From Octopus bimaculoides (Eukaryota): a stretch of 64,000 bases of DNA. Under the pieces are notes generated by a model. It worked only from the letters and a program-made list of their open reading frames with translations. It did no database searches and was not told the DNA's origin. The position numbers and the translations under genes were made by a program. Positions 23,690-36,340 of the stretch are shown in pieces; the first letter of the stretch is position 1, and each line of letters starts with the position of its first letter. The stretch is from NCBI RefSeq assembly GCF_001194135.2, contig NC_068994.1:20547225-20611224 (forward strand), read 5' to 3'.

Positions 23690-24636
23690 GGCTCAGGGTC
23701 CCGAGGTTGACCTTCATTATTTCATTCCATGTCTTCCTGGGCTACTCTCTTCTGAAAATTTCAACCACATTAAGCAATCAGCACTTCTTTATACACCTGT
23801 CCTCATCCATATGCATTATATGTCTATAACAGTGCAGCCTTTTTTCTTGAACACAACATCTGATTCCTTCTATGCTCAGTTTTTTTTTCTCTCAGCACAT
23901 TCATACTATATTGTTCCTGCCCACTCACATTGCACACCCAATAGAGCATGCTTACTTCATTTCTTGCTAGTCTTTTTAAGTTCTCTGCATTCAAGGCCCA
24001 TGTCTCATTAACCCTAAGTGTCTCTCTTGTCCTCACCCCTGGCAACTGTATTATCTTACTATTCCTGCCACTCCCCACTCTCTTCTCCACATCCCTCTAC
24101 CTTCCTTAGCTCATGTTTCTTTGTTCAGTTACCCTTCAGCCCTATCCATTTTGGCAGTCTACCCACTTTTCTCTCATTCTCCTTCCCCCATATAATCTTG
24201 CTAACTACCACCCCCCAACTTCTCATCTTGTGCCTTTTGGGGCCACCTGGGCACCTCATCACCATTATCTATCTCTTGCAGCTCCTACTGATCATTTTCT
24301 CTTTTCCTCTCCCCATTTCCCCAACTAGATGTGAGTAGCCATGCAGATCCTTCTTAAAGAACCTGCTCTCCCCATCCTTCTCATAGTAACTCCCTCGTCC
24401 CCTAGCATGAAGCTGACCTCACCACCACCATCCCCAGGGTTTGTAGTTTTGTGAATTGCATGGAGAGATCAATGGTGCTGGTGGCACAAGAAGAAAGCAC
24501 CCAGTCCACTCTGTAAAGTGGTTGATGCCAGGAAAGATATCCAGCTGGATCACAACACAGTCCTTGGACACATCAGATCCTGTCAAATCATCCAACCCAT
24601 GCCAGCATGGTACATGGACATTAAATGATGATGATA
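23690..24636. mobile_element. RTE fragment on minus (23690-24010) joined to an RTE-type 3' UTR on plus (24012-24636)
   Basis: ETWALNAENLKRLARNE...RKTWNE on minus; GGATG/AACCCATGCCAGCATGG motif and (GAT)n tail on plus. Confidence 0.6.
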
Positions 24637-25215
24637 GAGTCAACTGTTTGGACTTTTCAAAAATTGGAAGAGACATTTGTGGATGATGAGCAGAATTGAT
24701 TCAAGGAACAGAAAAATGAAAGTTTTTACATGTATACTTAATTTTCCAAAGACATCGTTATATCTAAAATGAAATATCTACAACTGAGAAGTAAAGCCAT
24801 GTTGTGGATTTGGCTCGCTGGAAACTTAGCTTTTTACAGTACTATCTTCAATGTTGATTTTTTAAAGTTTTCAAATGTTCATTTAGCAACCAGGGTCCTT
24901 AAGGTCTTTGGAGGTCCATATGAGATTTTGTTGTTAAAAATTTATGTACAATAAATTGCTTATACCGTTACAATACTTTTTTAAATACAATTCCTAAGAA
25001 TATGTAATCATAAAAATACGGTAAGATGTCTTTTGCATACACTGAGTGGCTATGGAGGTCCAGTAGAGTAAACTAGGAATCAAAGGGATCCATAGGCAAA
25101 AAATGGTTGAGAACCACTAAATTTTAGCTATTATGAGCTAACCTGAGTTTTCCAATAATAATACAAAATAAAAGTAATACAAAAACACCATCAGTAATGA
25201 CATTTTAGAACTCAC

Positions 25216-25337
25216 TGTTTCAATACTGGACCATAAAGAAATTTCAATATTCGATGGAAGACCAAAATTTTCTTGTTAAGGAAGTGTTCATCTTCTGTAC
25301 CATCTCCATTAACAGCAATAAATAATATATTATCCAG
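25216..25337 (-). CDS. HPS1: HPS1 coding exon 3 (LDNILFIAVNGDGTEDEHFLNKKILVFHRILKFLYGPVLK)
   Basis: Acceptor CATCCAG|, donor ACA|GTGAGT, 122 nt, phase 0-2. Clear match to human [20 protein letters not shown]. Confidence 0.92.
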
Positions 25338-25704
25338 CTGGATGATAAAGAGCAACAATACAGCAATAACAACAATAATACATTCTTTAACAACAACAAT
25401 ATTAATAATCACTTTTATCACATAATGGTTTCTTTTATGAATAACGTTGAAACAACAATGACAAGAATAGTAGCAGTTGTTATTAACAAAGCTGAAAATC
25501 AAGTATTTACAATTATAAATTTAATTTTACACTAAAAAAAAACAAACCTATAAGTATTTCATAATGGATTCATATCTCTAATGTTTGTATACTGTGTTAC
25601 ATCATTTTAAAGAAATAATCTATCTAGTTGCAAAATCTTTTCAATCCTTTTCTCTTTCTGTGGAATGTATTCATTTTTTTAAATGGATGTGTGTGTGAGT
25701 GTGA

Positions 25705-26067
25705 TTATATCTTTTATCTTTTCTTTGTTTCAGCCATTAGACTTGCAGCCATACTGGGGCATTGCCTTGAAGAATTTTTTAGCTGAATGAATCAACCCCA
25801 GTACTTATTAATTTTTCTAAACCTGGTACTTATTCTATCAGTCTCTTTTACTGAACATAAACAGGGACATAAACACAGCAACACCAGTTGTCAAGCAGTG
25901 GTGGGGGACAAACATAAAGACATACACACACATATATAATGGGCTTCTTTCAGTTTCTATCAACCAAATCCACTCAAGGCTTTGGTCAGCCCAAGACTAT
26001 AGTAGAAGACACTTGCCCAAGGTACCATGCAGCAGAACTGAACCAGGAACCACGTGATTGGGAAGTA

Positions 26068-26068
<1 letters not shown>
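25705..26068 (-). mobile_element. SINE family A, older, head truncated
   Basis: Diverged reverse-complement copy. Similar older copies at 42335-42690 (-), 46825-47213 (+), 49205-49495 (+) and 62285-62650 (-). Confidence 0.8.
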
Positions 26069-26109
<41 letters not shown>

Positions 26110-26508
26110 TCACACAAATACACATACACTTGCATATACAATAATAAATATGTGATGCTGCACAAAGTCAAGTATCACATAGCAGTGAGAGGTGGGCTTT
26201 GAATGCAGAGGGATGAAAAACTAGAAAGGAATGAAGAAAGTGTGCTCTCATGGATGTGCAATATTTGTGAGCTTGAACAATGAAATACAAATGAGCTGAG
26301 AGAGAAACTGAATATAAGAGTGATCAGATGTAGTATGCAAGAGATTGTGATTGTAGGGGCATGTGATGCATATGGAGGTGAAGGGCCTTATAAAGAAGTG
26401 CTATGCACTGATATTGAATAGAGAATCTGTGGAAGGATGATTTGGGTTTAAGTGGGAAAGACTTATGTAAAGATGTTGCGTCTTACACACAACATGACTA
26501 CAGACATA

Positions 26509-26918
26509 GGCGCAGGAGTGGCTGTATGGTAAGTAGCTTGCTTACCAACCACATGGTTCCGGGTTCATTCCCACTGCGTGGCACCTTGGGCAAGTGTCTT
26601 CTACTGTAGCCTCGAGCCGACCAAAGCCTTGTGAGTGGATTTGGTAGACGAAAACTGAAAGAAGCCCATCGTATATATATGTATATATATATGTATGTGT
26701 ATATGTTTGTGTGTCTGTGTTTGTCCCCCCAACATCGCTTGTCAACCGATGCTGGTGTGTTTATGTCCCCGTAACTTAGCGGTTCGGCAAAAGAGACCGA
26801 TAGAATAAGTACTAGGCTTCCAAAGAATAAGTCCTGGGGTCGATTTGCTTGACTAAAGGCGGTGCTCCAGCATGGCCACAGTCAAATGACTGAAACAAGT
26901 AAAAGAGTAAAAAGAGAG
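26509..26918 (+). mobile_element. SINE family A (tRNA head, CORE-like CCTTGGGCAAGT, internal (TA)n/(TG)n, (GTAAAAGA)n tail)
   Basis: A- and B-box head; about 410 bp; eight near-complete copies in the window. Confidence 0.88.
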
Positions 26919-27014
26919 AGACTGCTTTGATTACAGAATTCACTGAAGTTGAGAAGCATAATATGTATGTCTCAATACCTCTCTACCTCTTGCAACTATG
27001 ACACATACCACTAT

Positions 27015-28330
27015 CATTCATGTGACTCTGTGGCACTCAGTAAGCTGTCCCATAGGAATTTTCAGTTACCCTCTATGTCCCAAGTCTGTAGCTCCTCTTC
27101 CCTCTCATCAAATTTTTCAATGAGGATGTCCTTAAATCTCTGACCATGTGAAGGGTTCTTTAGCTTCCAAATCCTTCTTTTCTGGATTGGTCTGCTTCTT
27201 GACATTTTTTGGCCTCAAGTCTAAAGTCACTGTCATGTCTTTTTAAAATTGGTTGGCTATTTTATCACCAACCATTTGACAGTGTGGACTAGGTGTATTT
27301 TATAATACCACTAGTGTTAGAGAGTTTGCATCCAACAAGACTAAAGAGTTCCCTCTATCCTTCATGTCCTCCAAGATTTTGAAGTCAATACAGCTGAGGT
27401 TCTGCTTTAATCCTCATCATTTAACACCTGTCTTCCATGCTGGCATGGGTTAGATGGTTTGAGAAAAACTGACAAGCTAGAGAGATGCATCAGGCCCCAT
27501 TGTCTGCTTTGGCTTGGTTTCTATGGCTGGATGCCCTTCCTAATGCCAAACACTTTACAGAGAGTACTGGGTGATTTTTATGTGGCATTGACAACAGCAG
27601 GATCACCCAGTAACTTGTGAGGCAAATACCTCTCTGTTGGGAGAGGAAGTGGAACTACAGGAAGTGGATCCATGCCAGATGAGAGGTTAAAGTATAATAG
27701 ACGGATAGTAATAGGTATCTTATTGTAGAGAAGATACTTGGCAACCCCAGTAGGAAAAGAGAAGCGAGGAGGCAGAGAGAGAGTTAGAGAGAAAGTCAGA
27801 GAAACAGTCAGAGAAACAGTCAGAGAGAGCGGAGCATGCCAGTGTCATTTCTTTCGAGCCTTCACATGTTCTCTGTAGTCACAGCCCATGTTTCCCTGCC
27901 ATGTAGCATAGCTGTTCGAACACAGGCATCATACAATCTGCCTTTCACTCTGAGGGGGAAGCCTTTTCTTACCAACAAAGGTAGTAGCTCTCTAAACTTC
28001 ACCCAGCCTGTTCTTATTCTAGTAATTACGCTTTCAGAGCATTCTCCTGTACTGCTAACTTGGTTGCCTAGGTAATGGAAGCTAACTAATACTTCTAAGA
28101 CACTTGAGGAAGTCTATTTCCTGTACGTACTTAGTGTTTATTGTACCTGCACACCTGCCACATCAAAGACTACTTTCTCCATTAACCTTTCTGTGATACT
28201 GCTGCACTTCTTATGTGTCCATAGTTTGCACTGGGTACACTGTATGGAGTTTATACTAACACCTTTCCTACATGTCAAGTAGGGTCATCTTCCAGAAAGG
28301 ATTAATAATTTGTCTGCTTTAATCCCTTAA
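27015..28330 (-). mobile_element. RTE LINE fragments
   Basis: 27015-27232 matches 22140-22365; GFPLRVKGRLYDACVRTAMLHG..TW at 27840-27965; 3' UTR at 27410-27830. Confidence 0.7.
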
Positions 28331-29150
28331 TCTGCAGGTTAAAATGTTAGAGGAAAACATGAGTTGGAAAGGAGAGCTAAAATGATGCAGTTTTGGATAA
28401 GAAAGATGGAGAAAATGTTCAGTATATATTCTTGAAAAGGATGAAATATAGAAGGGTGATAAAAGAAGAAATGAATACATGTATGTTAAATTGGGGTAGG
28501 TACACATTTTGGAAAATTCAGTGGAGTATAAAACATTAGAGTAGCAGAAGAATTGTCAGAACCCATTGGTAAACTAGTAGTCATAAGATTTTGAGAGTGA
28601 AAACATCTCTATTTGGTAGAGACTTGTCTTTAATGTAGATTATAATGTTAATATACAACTACTGAAATTGTTTTACAAAATAGTGAACCTACTGCCAACA
28701 ATTAATTTTGCATTAGCAATCTAGAATTGAAATTTTAAAACTGTAACTGAAAGTAATTTTAGAACTATTCTATATCTGTATACAGCATTTAGTTAAATAA
28801 CTCATTTAGCATCTTTCAAATAACATAGAGACTGACATTGGTTTTCATCTGTTTATGAGGTTAATAGAATAAGTACAAGCTATGTGCTAGGTTTCTGTAA
28901 TAGATTGGCATCATACTTGGTTATGTATCGTGTTTTTTGTTTTTTTTAATGTCATGGAAACTTGAGGTAAGCACTAACCCAATGAAGTACAAAGATCATT
29001 AATAGGAAACAAAAAAAAAAAAAAACTAGGGTTAGTTTAAATAACTATGTACTCTGTTTTTACGCATATAAATAAATTTTTCTACAACAAAAATAACCAA
29101 ATTGGAAAAAAGAAATCCTATTACATTCAATAAAGGCAAATATAACTTAC

Positions 29151-29294
29151 CTGTTTGGAAACTGTAATGGAATTATTTTCACAGATAATCTTTTCATAAG
29201 GGTTCTTCAAAGTATCGCTCATTACATTCTGTGATGCAGAAAATGGCACAAACATTTGTCCCACATCATAAGGATCATCTATGTGTTCAGCAAT
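29151..29294 (-). CDS. HPS1: HPS1 coding exon 2 (IAEHIDDPYDVGQMFVPFSASQNVMSDTLKNPYEKIICENNSITVSKQ)
   Basis: Acceptor TTTCTAG|, donor CAG|GTAAGT, 144 nt, phase 0-0. Aligns by eye to human LEDQLSTLLAPVIISS...TENGNFLYV. Confidence 0.85.
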
Positions 29295-30243
29295 CTAGAA
29301 ATTCACAGAAATCACATGGCATTAGAAGGGATAAGATTTTTCATGACAGAACATTTCCCAATTTTCAGGCATGCACATACATACTTACATAGGTACATGT
29401 GCATGCATGCATGCATGTGTGTGAGTACACGTGCAGATGTGCAGATGTGCTTTCTATGCTACCCTGCAGCAACAGATTGGACTGTGCTGGTGATTTCAAA
29501 CAACCAATAGAGGGGTTGACAGTTTCTGTTCCAGCACCAGTATTGTGTTGTATCCATGACAAAAGAAGTTTTAAATAGGCATTTTACATGGATGGTAAGC
29601 ATCATAAAGCAGGTACAGCTCTCTGCTGTGAATAGATGGAACACTGTATAATTAATGAGTGTTTCAGTTAGTTTGCAGTAGGCTACTGAATTCAATTTTT
29701 AAAATCAGCTGGATAGTTAGCAACTATCTTCATGTTGGTATGTATATCCATATTCCAAAACATAATTATTCGCCCGTTTTCATGTACCCTCTCCAAAGAA
29801 TAGCTATACCATTTAGTATAGATGAAGAGCAGTAAACAGGGAAATCACTCCAACATATCCTACCCACAAAATTTTATAAATGTACAGAATTATCTGGTGT
29901 TCAATCTACCAGCAAAATCTTTGACAGTATAAAATTATAAAAAAACAGTAACAGATATTATATTCTCAATAAAAACATACAATTTATCTTTATAAAACAA
30001 TTCTGCTAACAACTATATCAAGAAGATCTTTCACAATAGAAACAAGAAGTTAGTTCGGTTTTCTTTATAATATTATTAAACATATATTCTGCCATGGTTG
30101 ACTTAGCCTTTCAACCTTTCGGAGTTGATAAAATAGGTACCAATAGAGCACTGGAGTTGATTTAATTGACTAGCACCCTCCCTCAAACTTGTTGGCCCTG
30201 TGTCAAAATTTGGAACCAATATTGTTAAACATATTCTAGGATA

Positions 30244-30414
30244 GGTGCAGGAGTGGCTGTGTGGTAAGTAGCTTGCTTACCAACCACATGGTTCTGGGTT
30301 CAGTCCCACTGCGTGGCATCTTGGGCAAGTGTCTTCTACTATAGCCTCGGGCCGACCAAAGCCTTGTGAGTGGATTTGGTAGACGGAAACTGAAAGAAGC
30401 CCGTCGTATATATG

Positions 30415-30445
<31 letters not shown>

Positions 30446-30660
30446 TTGTGTGTCTGTGTTTGTCCCCCTAGCATTGCTTGACAACCGATGCTGGTGTGTT
30501 TATGTTCCTGTCACTTAGCGGTTTGGCAAAAGAGACCCATAGAATAAGTACTTGGGTTACAAAGAATAAGTCCCGGGGTCGATATGCTCGACTAAAAGGC
30601 GATGCTCCAGCATAGCTACAGTCAAATGACTGAAACAAGTAAAAGAGCAAAGAGTAAGAG
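30244..30660 (+). mobile_element. SINE family A
   Basis: Colinear with 26509-26918. Confidence 0.88.
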
Positions 30661-30825
30661 ATACAAATTTTGATGCAAATTGTTGAAAATGGCACCACGT
30701 TTTCTGTACAGTATTTACTTCATCAATTTATATACTATTAAAATTGCATTTTGTATATCTTAATGAGGATAATCTGTAGAAAGTCACACAGTTACAGTAT
30801 CCATCTCAAGAAAGCACCTCATATG

Positions 30826-31158
30826 GACATATACTGCTAAAATGCACAGTAGAATATCAATAGCAGACAAAAAGCATCCAGTAACAGCAGCAGTGGAATT
30901 GCTATTTCTATGTATTTCCATGTCATCAGTAGTAAGCATCCACTAGCAACTGAATGCTTACACAAATTTAGCCTCAACTGATATAGAAAAACAATGATTA
31001 ACAAATCACTGATGTCATACGCTTGGTAAAAATTTGTTATTAGCAAAAGAAGCAGTAGACGGGCAAATATACAGAAATCTAGATTTAGCAATTCTAGTGC
31101 TGCTGCATGCTTTTCATCTACTACTGATATTCTTCTGTGTTTTTTAGCACTATATGTC
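30826..31158. mobile_element. MITE-like element with diverged inverted termini of about 85 bp
   Basis: 30826-30910 is an imperfect reverse complement of 31080-31158. Confidence 0.6.
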
Positions 31159-31994
31159 TATACAAAGTGCAGGTGTGTGATTTTCTATAGTATATGCATG
31201 TTAAGTAAGATACAGAATGCTATTTTGAAATAATACTGTTTCTGTCACTGATACTAACTCTTAAAATTGAAAATCTGTATTGCCATTTGTGTATAACAGA
31301 AATTTAACCCATTGTGGCACAAAAATGTTTTGAATAATGTACACTTAAATACTTCCAGTAAATTTCTGGGCCCTGGAATCTTCAAAACAGATTTTGGATC
31401 CTTATTTTATCAATAAAGCAAAATAATAATCTCTATCAATGAAAGAGAGAGAGACAATAGAATATAATGTGTCCACACACAAAATGAACACTGATATACA
31501 TATGGTAATAAACACACACACAGAACAAAGCATACACATATCAAACACATAGACACATCTAATAATAATTGAAAGTGCACAAAGAACAAACAAAACATGG
31601 AAATAGACTCACATACATACAAAGTACATAAAAACATTTACAAGACATATGTAGTATGAAATGCACACTCACAAGTAAAAGTGAACATCCATGCACAAAA
31701 ACACACAGGCAAATAAATATGAAAACAGACACACACACAAACAAAAGACTTAAATACAAAGATAAGATACATATACACATAAATACATTTTGTGAATGAA
31801 TACTAAATCATATTTCAGCACGCATTTAAAATAAAAGCAAAAGTCGAAGGCGGAAAAAAAATGCAAAACTGAAAGTNNNNNNNNNNNNNNNNNNNNNNNN
31901 NNNNNNNNNNNNNNNNNNNNNNNNNNNNNNNNNNNNNNNNNNNNNNNNNNNNNNNNNNNNNNNNNNNNNNNNNNNNNNNNNNNNNNNNNNNNNN

Positions 31995-32041
31995 GAGAGA
32001 GAGAGAGAGAGGGAGAGAGAGACAGAGAGAGAGAGAGAGAC

Positions 32042-32101
<60 letters not shown>
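31995..32101. repeat. (GA)n microsatellite beside a gap
   Basis: Seen directly. Other GA/CA/TA arrays at about 7160-7255, 22590-22740, 38380-38460 and 58640-58755. Confidence 0.95.
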
Positions 32102-32104
<3 letters not shown>

Positions 32105-32419
32105 AGTCAGAGAGGAACTGACCCCAGAACTGTTCTCATATTTCATTTATCCATCCTGACAAATCCTTAATAACAGGATATCTCAGCCTCACATTACTGA
32201 AAGTTTTATAGAAGCAAATAAATGACTACATCATCAAATGAACACAGTGAAGGTAAGGATAATCTAAAGATGCTTTCCTCGTGTGAATATGTGAGAGACT
32301 GTTTGGTGAGCTCAAGTCATGTGAATAGTTTTAAAAAACAGTAACATCAAATAACTTAATCTATGTGTCTAAGTAGTAGAGGAAGCAGTTGAACAGAAAG
32401 ATGTAGACTTGGCACTGCC

Positions 32420-32850
32420 AGTTTTTTAAATATCAATTTTACAATACAGCCAGCAGGTCTCCATTACAGAGATGGTAAGAGCCCTAACTAGATAACTCTT
32501 CCCATTTGAGGGAAGCAGATCTATAGTCAGGGATGCAACATGCAGTAACACATTCTCCAGCTCCAATCTTACAGTATCAGATGCAAACCCAGGTGTCACT
32601 GCCTGTAACATGGACGAGAGAAAAATCAATAAATACAGGGGCCTCACTGATTGCTATCAGTTTGTGCTAGTTGATGTCAAGACACCAGGTGTTCTAGGAC
32701 CCCATACTACCAATTTCCTCTGCAAAATAGGGATATAAGCAACTTACTGGAGAAATGAGCCCTGTAAGGTGGAATGGCTGCTGCAGCAAGTGTCACTGGC
32801 CATTTTCCATGGCAACACCAATGCAATCATTACTGTGGGGCACAGCTGAG
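32420..32850 (+). mobile_element. Older CRE-like endonuclease relic
   Basis: DERKINKYRGLTDCYQFVLVDVKTPGVLGP..FL...WLLQQVSLAIFHGN aligns with 63330-63560. Confidence 0.65.
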
Positions 32851-33794
32851 CACACTATTTGTTCTCGGATGTGTCCATCATTCCTCCTCCTCCAACTTTT
32901 GTTACTTTACCTCCATCCTTTTTTATCTCTCTTCTTTTCTGTTTCTTTTATTTAAATGTTCTAATAAAATAAAGTTGTTGAATGGAAAAAAAAATAGAGT
33001 ATTGCTACTTAGAGCGATATGTTATTCTTGTTTTTGTGATAGCTAGTTACTGCAAGGTGGTCTGGCCCATTTGAGAGTTAAGGGACTTGGCCACAGACAC
33101 AATGTAGTGCCGGTAATAGGGTATGAACAGCTGATCTATAAGCTGGTTGTCTGCAAGGCTGTCCACTTATCTATGCTCTAGTCATACATGTATCAAAGAA
33201 TCATGTATAAAGATATATGTATTCATACATTGATGGACCTATATAAACACACACATGTATCTGGCATATTTGAGAAGGCCCTTTTTAGGATACATGTACT
33301 TCACAATCAAATTAATTTAATGGAATTCTTCTGGGATTTATCAAGAAGCAATTTCAGCTAGGAGATACTTCCATTTTTATACACCTGGGTCCTCATTTAT
33401 TATAAATATTGGTTTCAAATTTTTGACACAAAACCAGTAATTTTGGGAGATGGGGTAAGTTGATTACATCAATCCCAGTGATCAACTGGTACTTATTCTA
33501 CTGACTCCAGAAGGATGAAAGGCAAAGTTGACCTCAGCAGAATTTGAACTCAGAACATAAAGATGGCTGAAATGCCTCTAAGGATTTTTCCCAGCATGCT
33601 AATAATTCTGCCAGCTCGCTGCTTTCATTTATTCTAAATATTATTCTTGGTTTCATACTTCACATTTTCCACAAATCTATCTTCAAGTCTTTCTATCCAG
33701 AGACTTTTCTCAGCTTTCCTGTCTATTGAATGTTCCATGTCAGTTAAAGTGCATGCCATATTTTCTTTAGTCTTTGACAACTCATTCAGGTTAA

Positions 33795-33999
33795 ACCTTT
33801 AGCATTTAAACCGGCCATATCCAGCCCAAAATATTCTACCTGTTTTGCATTCAAACTGACTAAGATTCATCCTACAATGTCATTCTAAAAATAAACAATC
33901 ACATCGTTGAAATCTTGAAGCTACATGATAATACATGATTAATTCAAAATATGACTAAATAGGGATTACATTTGACAGAGTAATCTGAATGCTAAAGGG
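33795..33999. mobile_element. piggyBac-like MITE (second family)
   Basis: TTAA-ACCTTTAGCATT...AATGCTAAAGGG-TTAA. Confidence 0.75.
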
Positions 34000-34100
34000 T
34001 TAATTAACAGTTATTGTCTTGTCAGTATATAGGTCCATAATCTAGAATATCAGTTGTACTATTTCATGCACATGGGAAAATAATAATCATTATTATCTTG

Positions 34101-34135
<35 letters not shown>

Positions 34136-36086
34136 GCCACTGTCATTGCCATTACCATTGTCATCATCATCGACTTGATCAGTATTAGCATTAGTATAAG
34201 TGCAAGCAGTAAAAGACTTTACAAGAGACTTTAAAATATCAAGCACTTTGTCATACTAATCAAATTTTAACTTTATCATTCATAAAATAAATACCATCAA
34301 AATAATTGTTTCTAATTTAGAATCAAGGAGAGTAATCTTGAGGAGAGGGGATTAGTCAATTACATTGACCTAGTTAATGACTGGTACTTTATTTGTTGAC
34401 CTCAGAGGGATGAAAGGCAAAGTTGACCTCAGTAGGATTTGCACACAAAACATAGAGCCAGAAATACCACAAGACATTTTTCCCACTACCCTGACACAAT
34501 TCAGCCAATGTATCATCTTTATCAGTAAACTAACAAAAAAATCAAAGAAATCATCATCATCATTAATTCCCTTCAGTATTTAGTTACATTCTGAGTTCAG
34601 ATCAGAGCAATTCAATAAAATAAGTTCAATCAAGTACAGAGACTGATCTAATTAACTATAACCTTCACCAAAAGATGGCATTGTGCCCATGTTAGAAATC
34701 ATAGTGAAGTCAAGAGCCTTCACTTACCAACACAATACGACCAGTTGCAACTAATGCCTCTGTATCTGTCTTTCATCTCTTTTATTACTCTTATTATGGG
34801 TCTTGCTTTTCTGATGTAGCAACTGTATACTACCTGATTGACTCACAGATTTTGTCTCAATCCCCAAACCCCAACATTAAATTATTCAAACCTTCTTCTT
34901 GACAACTACAGCTCTCTGAAATTCCTCCCTGTCCACACATTCCCAACAAGCATCAACTTGTAAAAGTTAAAACTAAATATCAACTACAACCTTACCATAA
35001 AAGCTATGGATACTGCCAGTCCTTCCTGGACAAAAATGTATAAAAAAATACAAAATACCATCTTTAAAGTCAAAGCTACACTTTATATCGCTCTGAAAAG
35101 TGGTGGTTGCAACTAAGTAGAATTTATTAGCCCTAACATTTACCTCTCAGCAAAAAAAAAAAAAAACTTCCAATTATCATGACTCTGAATTTTCTTTCTG
35201 CTCTTCAAACTCTGCCAAATACTAACAATTCTTCAGTGAGTATAATTCCTCTTGGCTACCATACATTCCTCCCTAGTTAATGCTACTGATACAGAAACTG
35301 AATTGTTTGTCATTCTGAATAATCTATATAAGTTATTATCTATACTTCCCTTTTTCCTGATTGATGCACCAATGCTACAAAGCTTCTTCAGCAATTTCTC
35401 GACCCTAAACTCAGACTTTACCCAACCAACATCAATAAATCATCTAAACACTGCACTGCTTAATCAATGCAACACATTACATTTCTTCATACTGTATACT
35501 ACCCACCTTTGAAACTCCTTGTACATAGATGGTTTTGCTACTACACATACAAATATTATAGACTGCATCTTTAAAAATAACAGTCAATGTGTTCTTTCCC
35601 CAACCTACTAAAAACAGCATTCAGAAATATGTCCTTTCACATCTTTCAGTGACATGACCTTCCCATAACTGCCTCTTACTACAAATCTCCAGTCAGTTCA
35701 GCAGCAGTTGTACTACAGTAGTATAAGCAATTAACAGTAGTATAAGCAATCAACAAAAAAATCACACATCACTACTACCAACTCAGAGGTTTTTACCTAA
35801 CACTAGATGACTGCAAAACTACAGAAAATAAAAATACTTTTCACAGCCTGCACTCCTGTTTCTCAAACTGATGCAGAACTACTTAAATGCTTTCCAAAAG
35901 GATCTCTGCCAACTTAGCAGAATTCTCATGGCCATCAGTCCTCAACAAAGAGGACTATCATGTCTTCCACACTCTTTCTTCTGTACATTGGCTTGCAATT
36001 ACTTCTAACAGTAGACACCTAAAACCCTCACATGTTAGGCCCCACAATCTCCAGTGATTTCTCATGATTACCAAACATTGCCAAAA

Positions 36087-36340
36087 TTGTAGTAAAGATT
36101 GTTTGCCAACATAACATGGCAGTCCTGATTTAGGACGAATGTTGCTGTAATTTAGCCCCAGGAGACATCGTCTCCAGCTGGCTATACGACACAATCTGTG
36201 TACTTATATTTTCGAAAATATAAGGACACAGATCGTGTTGTGTAGCCAGCTAGAGACGATGTCCCTTGGGGCTAAATTACAGCAACATTTGTCCTAAACC
36301 AGGACTGCCATGTAATGTTGGCAAACAATTTTTACTACAA
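36087..36340. repeat. 254-bp spacer-less palindrome
   Basis: 127-bp arms centred on TTTTC|GAAAA (36213/36214); 11 mismatches counted by eye. Confidence 0.92.

Noticed and set aside
34840-35960. Possible CR1/L2 endonuclease relic
   Set aside because: Only faint motifs and a short repeat shared with about 36497; too decayed to call.
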